Of a stretch of DNA of 64,000 nucleotides, positions 59,485-64,000 are shown in pieces. The stretch covers positions 1 through 64,000 of the forward strand of contig DUMO01000063.1 of NCBI GenBank assembly GCA_012839865.1, read 5' to 3'. Source of the DNA: Clostridiaceae bacterium. Lineage in GTDB: Bacteria; Bacillota; Clostridia; CAYPLH01; DUMO01. Within the stretch, counting starts at the first letter, position 1. Each line of letters opens with the position of its first letter. The position numbers and the translations under genes were made by a program. A model generated the notes under the pieces. It had not been told where the DNA came from and did no database searches. It saw only the letters and a list, made by a program, of their open reading frames with translations.

Positions 59485-62400
59485 TTAATTGGATACCCGG
59501 ACAACCGATAATGTAACATCTTCTCCGTTAATATTCCAATCCTTTGTATAACCTTCTGCCGTGTCTTCAAAAATGCCGTCCGCAAGAACTTCCTCGGAAA
59601 TAACAGATTTATTTTTTGCAATTATTTCAGCAATACGTTGATTTCCGCTTGTGTACAGCAAAATATGGTCCTGAACTTCAAAACCTGCTTCTTTTCTCAT
59701 GGTCTGAACCTTGCTGATTATTTCCCTGACAAAGCCTTCCTCTAAAAGTTCGGGAGTCAAGGCAGTATCAAGCACTACAGTAACACCCCTGTCTGCCTCG
59801 GTTATAAATCCTTCTTTTTGTGCTGTTTCAATTAAAAGGTCATCCCGGGTAAGTTCTACCGTTGTTCCATCAATTATGAAACCCAGCTTTCCGGTACTCT
59901 CAAGCTCATCCATAGCCTTGTTGCCGTCAACGCTCTTAAGCCATTCGGAAATTTTTGATACCAGTTTTCCATACCTGGGGCCCACTGTCCGCAGTTGAGG
60001 CTTGAAATTGTATGTGGTAAACTTCTGAGCATCCTCAACAAACTCAACATCCTTTATATTGAGCTCATCCCTGATAAGGTCAACATACATTTCATCCATT
60101 TCAAAATCCGCTTTGACATACATTTTCCCCAAAGGCTGGCGATTTTTTATACCTGCCGTATTTCTTGCAGCACGTCCGGCAACGACGATTTTAAGCACAA
60201 GATCCATGTTTTCCTCAAGTTTTTTATCAATAAATTTATGGTTCACTTCAGGGAAATCACACAGATGAACGCTTAAAGGCGCATTCCTGTCAATGTTTCT
60301 GACAAGGTTGTCATACATTTCATCTGCCATAAATGGCAGGAAAGGTGCGATAATATATGTCACAGTTTTAAGAACAGTGTACAAAGTCATGTAAGCATTT
60401 ATCTTGTCCTGAGGCATATCCTTCTGCCAGAAGCGTTCCCTGTTGCGGCGAACATACCAGTTGCTGAGTTCATCCACAAATTCTTCAAAAGCCCTGGCTG
60501 ATTCAGTTATTCTGTATTTTGAAAGATTATCGTCAACCTCAGCCACAAGGGAATTCAACCTTGAAAGTATCCACTTGTCAATTGTCGGCAGTTTATCATA
60601 TTCAAGCTTGTACTCTGCAGGATTGAACCGGTCTATATTGGCGTAAAGCACATAAAAGGCATAAGTGTTCCACAAAGTACCCATGAATTTTCTTTGAACT
60701 TCGCTTACTGCTTCTTCTGAGAATCTGCTGGGAAGCCACGGAGCGCTGTTTGTATAGAAATACCAGCGTACTGCATCAGCTCCCTGGTTATGAAGTACGG
60801 TCCACGGGTCAATTACATTGCCCTTGTGCTTGCTCATCTTCTGCCCTTCCTTGTCCTGTACGAGACCTAGAACAATACAATTTTCAAAACAGTTTCTGTC
60901 AAAAATCAAGGTCGAAATTGTATGGAGGGTATAAAACCATCCTCTTGTCTGGTCCAGGGCTTCGCTGATAAAATCAGCCGGGAAGTTGTCATTGAAAATT
61001 TCCTCGTTTTCAAAGGGATAATGCCATTGGGCAAAGGGCATTGAACCTGAATCAAACCAGCAATCTATTACTTCGCTTACCCTCTTCATTTTCCCGCCGC
61101 ATTTCGGGCAGTTTAAAAATACATTGTCAATATATGGTTTATGAAGCTCAATGTCATAAGGCACGTTATCTCCCATGCTTACAAGCTCTTCAATGCTTCC
61201 TACCGCATGTTTATAGCCGCAATCGCATTCCCATATCGGCAATGGGGTTCCCCAATACCTTTCACGGCTTAAAGCCCAGTCAATATTGTTTTCCAGGAAG
61301 TTTCCAAACCTTCCGTTTTTGATGTTGTCAGGATACCAATTGATTTTCTGGTTGTTTTCAATCAACCTGTCCTTTATTGCCGTGGTTTTTATATACCATG
61401 TATTCCTTGCATAATATAAAAGCGGTGTATCGCATCTCCAGCAATGAGGATAGGAGTGTTCAAAATCCAAAGCTTTATACATCAGGTTTCTTCCATCAAG
61501 ATTCTGAATTATTTGCGGGTCCGCATCCTTTACAAAAACACCCTTCCAGGGGTTGACTGCTTCTACAAACCTGCCCTGCTCGTCTACCAACTGCACAAAA
61601 GGCAAATCATATTTTCTGCCAACATTTGCGTCATCTTCACCAAAAGCAGGTGCAATATGAACTATACCGGTACCGTCGGTCAATGTTACGAAATCAGCTG
61701 TACATACATAGTAGGCCTTTTTATCAGGTTTCGCAAAATCAAACAACGGTTCATACTCCATTCCTGCAAGTTCAGCACCAGTCATTTTCTCCACAACTTC
61801 ATATTTTTCTTCCAGGACTTTTTCAGCCAATGCTTCTGCAAGTATATAGGTTTCATGTTCACATTTTGCTTTAATGTATGTTTCCTTTTCATTTACTGCA
61901 AGAGCCACATTGGATGGCAAAGTCCACGGAGTTGTCGTCCATGCCATCAAAAATAAATTATCCGTGCTTTTAACCTTAAATTTTACAAATACAGATGTTT
62001 CCTTAACATTCTTGTATCCCTGGGCTACTTCATGGCTTGACAGGGATGTACCACAGCGGGGACAATAGGGAACAACTTTGTGTCCCTTGTACATAAGGCC
62101 TTTTTCCCAAATCTTTTTCAGTGCCCACCATACGGATTCAATATAGCTGTTATGATAAGTAACATAGGGGTTTTCCATATCTGCCCAGAAGCCCACTCTT
62201 TTGCTCATCTTTTCCCATTCTTTTTCGTATTTCCAGACACTTTCCTTGCACAGCTTAACAAAGGGCTCAACCCCATACTTTTCAATTTCAGGCTTGCCAC
62301 TGATACCCAGTTCTTTTTCAACTTCCAGTTCCACCGGAAGCCCGTGAGTATCCCAGCCGGCTTTTCTAAGAACTTTATAGCCCTTCATTGTCTTATATCT

Positions 62401-62607
62401 TGGAATAATATCCTTGATAACTCTTGTAAGAATGTGACCGATATGCGGTTTCCCGTTTGCTGTGGGAGGTCCGTCATAAAATGTGAATACCGGGCAGTCT
62501 TCTCTAATTTCAATGCTCTTTTCGAATATGTTCTCTTCCTCCCAGCGCTTTAAAACCTCAAGCTCCCTGGAAGTGAAATCAAGATTTGTTGATACTTTTT
62601 TATACAT
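59485..62607 (-). CDS. ileS: Isoleucine--tRNA ligase (long type 2)
   Basis: YDGPPTANGKPHIGH, GWDTHGLPVE, WTTTPWTLPSN, GTGIVHIAPAFG, WALSRERYWGTP, DQTRGWF, KMSKHKGN. Confidence 0.97.
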   Translation of the reverse strand: MYKKVSTNLDFTSRELEVLKRWEEENIFEKSIEIREDCPVFTFYDGPPTANGKPHIGHILTRVIKDIIPRYKTMKGYKVLRKAGWDTHGLPVELEVEKELGISGKPEIEKYGVEPFVKLCKESVWKYEKEWEKMSKRVGFWADMENPYVTYHNSYIESVWWALKKIWEKGLMYKGHKVVPYCPRCGTSLSSHEVAQGYKNVKETSVFVKFKVKSTDNLFLMAWTTTPWTLPSNVALAVNEKETYIKAKCEHETYILAEALAEKVLEEKYEVVEKMTGAELAGMEYEPLFDFAKPDKKAYYVCTADFVTLTDGTGIVHIAPAFGEDDANVGRKYDLPFVQLVDEQGRFVEAVNPWKGVFVKDADPQIIQNLDGRNLMYKALDFEHSYPHCWRCDTPLLYYARNTWYIKTTAIKDRLIENNQKINWYPDNIKNGRFGNFLENNIDWALSRERYWGTPLPIWECDCGYKHAVGSIEELVSMGDNVPYDIELHKPYIDNVFLNCPKCGGKMKRVSEVIDCWFDSGSMPFAQWHYPFENEEIFNDNFPADFISEALDQTRGWFYTLHTISTLIFDRNCFENCIVLGLVQDKEGQKMSKHKGNVIDPWTVLHNQGADAVRWYFYTNSAPWLPSRFSEEAVSEVQRKFMGTLWNTYAFYVLYANIDRFNPAEYKLEYDKLPTIDKWILSRLNSLVAEVDDNLSKYRITESARAFEEFVDELSNWYVRRNRERFWQKDMPQDKINAYMTLYTVLKTVTYIIAPFLPFMADEMYDNLVRNIDRNAPLSVHLCDFPEVNHKFIDKKLEENMDLVLKIVVAGRAARNTAGIKNRQPLGKMYVKADFEMDEMYVDLIRDELNIKDVEFVEDAQKFTTYNFKPQLRTVGPRYGKLVSKISEWLKSVDGNKAMDELESTGKLGFIIDGTTVELTRDDLLIETAQKEGFITEADRGVTVVLDTALTPELLEEGFVREIISKVQTMRKEAGFEVQDHILLYTSGNQRIAEIIAKNKSVISEEVLADGIFEDTAEGYTKDWNINGEDVTLSVVRVSN

Positions 62608-62795
62608 AAACCAACCTCCATAATATATTCCAAATGCAATTGTTTTCTTTAAATATGTAAAAATCAGCTTTTAAAACCTTAAGAAAGCAAGTATGTCAAC
62701 TTTGCCTTTGCGGCGTTAATTCATTATCTTTATTAAAATCTTAATTCACTGCAGCCTTAACACCCTGTAAAGTGTAATCCAGGCCTGTATCCTAA

Positions 62796-63078
62796 TAAAA
62801 AACCCTTTCGCCTCACATAAAATGGGACGAAAGGGTAACTTTTCGCGGTACCACCCAAATTATTGCTTGAAAATGCAAACGCACAGGTTTTATTCTGTAT
62901 CAGAAAGCCTGAACATTAATTTTAAGCAATCACTTGACAAATATAACGGTTTTAACCGGCGTTCCTTACTTATATTTCAGTTGGCAACTCACGGATGATT
63001 TTCAAAAACCTGCTTTGCAGAATTTCCACCATGCATCTGCTCTCTCTAAAAGCCGGGGTTTTTTACTCCTTCCGGTCA
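62796..63078 (-). promoter_or_regulatory. T-box riboswitch, Ile-specific, with intrinsic terminator
   Basis: Stem I AGAGA and GGTGGAA motifs; specifier ATC (62997-62999) in GAAAATCA; T-box GGGTGGTACCGCG (62844-62856); terminator CCCTTTCG...CGAAAGGG-TTTTTT. Confidence 0.93.
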
Positions 63079-63157
63079 TTGTTTTTATCTTATTACTGTC
63101 ATTGGCAATTTTAAAGAAGATTATACAATACATTTTGCGACATTTCAACCTTTTTTA

Positions 63158-63616
63158 TTAAACAATGCCCTCATCCATTTTTTTCAGCAGCTCAAGCTGT
63201 GCAGTGAGTGCCAGCTCTGCCTTTGACTTAAAGGCGGCAATTTTCTTTTTAACATCTTCGTATTCCATTTTTACCCTGGCCAGTTCGCTTCTTGCGTTAA
63301 GAAGTATTTCCTGTGCCTGGTTTTCTGCCTCCTTGACAATGTTTTGCGCCTTTTCAAAAGCATTTGTTTTCATTTCTTCACAGGTTTGTCTTGCTATCAT
63401 TATTGTGTTTTCAAGGGACTGCTCCATTTTTTTATAGTATTGTATTCCCTCATTCAACAGGTTTATTCTATCTTTCAACTCTGCTATCTGGCTGATAAAT
63501 GAATTATAATCCTCTATTACCTTGTCCAGGGTTTCATTTACCTGGTCTTCGTCAAAGCCGCCCATGATGCTCTTTCTAAACACCATGTTCTGCAGGTCAT
63601 CCGGAGTAAAATTCAT
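63158..63616 (-). CDS. divIVA: DivIVA domain-containing protein
   Basis: MNFTPDDLQNMVFRKSIMGGFDEDQVNETLDKV plus a coiled coil; canonical position before ileS. Confidence 0.93.
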   Translation of the reverse strand: MNFTPDDLQNMVFRKSIMGGFDEDQVNETLDKVIEDYNSFISQIAELKDRINLLNEGIQYYKKMEQSLENTIMIARQTCEEMKTNAFEKAQNIVKEAENQAQEILLNARSELARVKMEYEDVKKKIAAFKSKAELALTAQLELLKKMDEGIV

Positions 63617-63630
63617 ATATTTTCACCCTC

Positions 63631-63933
63631 TTAAAAGTATTTCTTCAGCTCAATACTGATTCTGCCCTTTTTCGTGAGCCCTCCCACTTTTTCAAGAACA
63701 ACGCGGCCTTTTCCGTTTATGGAAATTTCATCTCCCTCATTGACCTTTTTTGAGATATTGTCAGTAAACTTCTGGTTTAAACTGACTCTCTCGCTTTTGA
63801 TGAATTCGGTAATCTTGCTTCTGGATATACCAAATCCCAGACTTGCTACACTATCCAGTCTCAGGGAAGCAACAGTTCCTTTTATTTCCTTAAACTTACC
63901 GGGTGAATTTTCAAACTCATTCGTTTCTATCAT
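63631..63933 (-). pseudogene. ylmH: C-terminal (S4 RNA-binding) part of YlmH/Sll1252 family protein; 5' portion missing in frame
   Basis: TVASLRLDSVASLGFGISRSK, VNEGDEISINGKGR, TKKGRI; in-frame TGA at 63970-63972 only 12 codons upstream. Confidence 0.6.
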
Positions 63934-64000
63934 CTTTACCTCCGTATCAAAACCGTCAAAAGGAGCAAATCATAATAAATACATAAATAATTGAAACACC

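Noticed and set aside
14000..63994. Numerous 60-240 aa plus-strand ORFs opposite the housekeeping and flagellar genes
   Set aside because: Antisense shadows of well-supported minus-strand genes, with no motifs or RBS.
63990..63997. ATTGAAAC, typical of CRISPR repeat ends
   Set aside because: Single occurrence at the window edge with no repeat-spacer periodicity and no cas genes in the window.

Overview
AT-rich window from a clostridial (Acetivibrio/Ruminiclostridium/Thermoclostridium-like) chromosome, with almost all genes on the minus strand. Most of it is housekeeping: a ~32 kb flagellar/chemotaxis operon (flgB to sigD/FapA/DUF6115), the rpiR-hutP-aroH-cmk-plsC-ispH/rpsA-cheR block, murD, tRNA-Leu(CAG), mtnP, GTP-PEPCK, aroB, T-box-ileS, divIVA and a truncated ylmH. 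The most unusual part is a tightly linked operon at 7.6-12.5 kb: a YqhH-like SNF2 ATPase; a YqhG-like protein carrying about 14 tandem 15-residue CxxC-x4-C-xx-[C/H] zinc-binding repeats; and an Mrr-like restriction-endonuclease-fold protein with a degenerate active site fused to an FxLYD-type domain. A small HEAT-repeat gene follows. This gene set matches no defence or sporulation system I can name. Other items: a DeoR/solute-binding protein/nitrilase module with twin palindromic operators and a broken 5' end; a CheB with no receiver domain; a GGA-rich repeat insert between fliR and flhB; and an un-called spo0E-like gene with a sigmaH-like promoter and tandem Spo0A boxes ahead of the flagellar operon. 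All family assignments come from motif recognition by eye; no searches were run.
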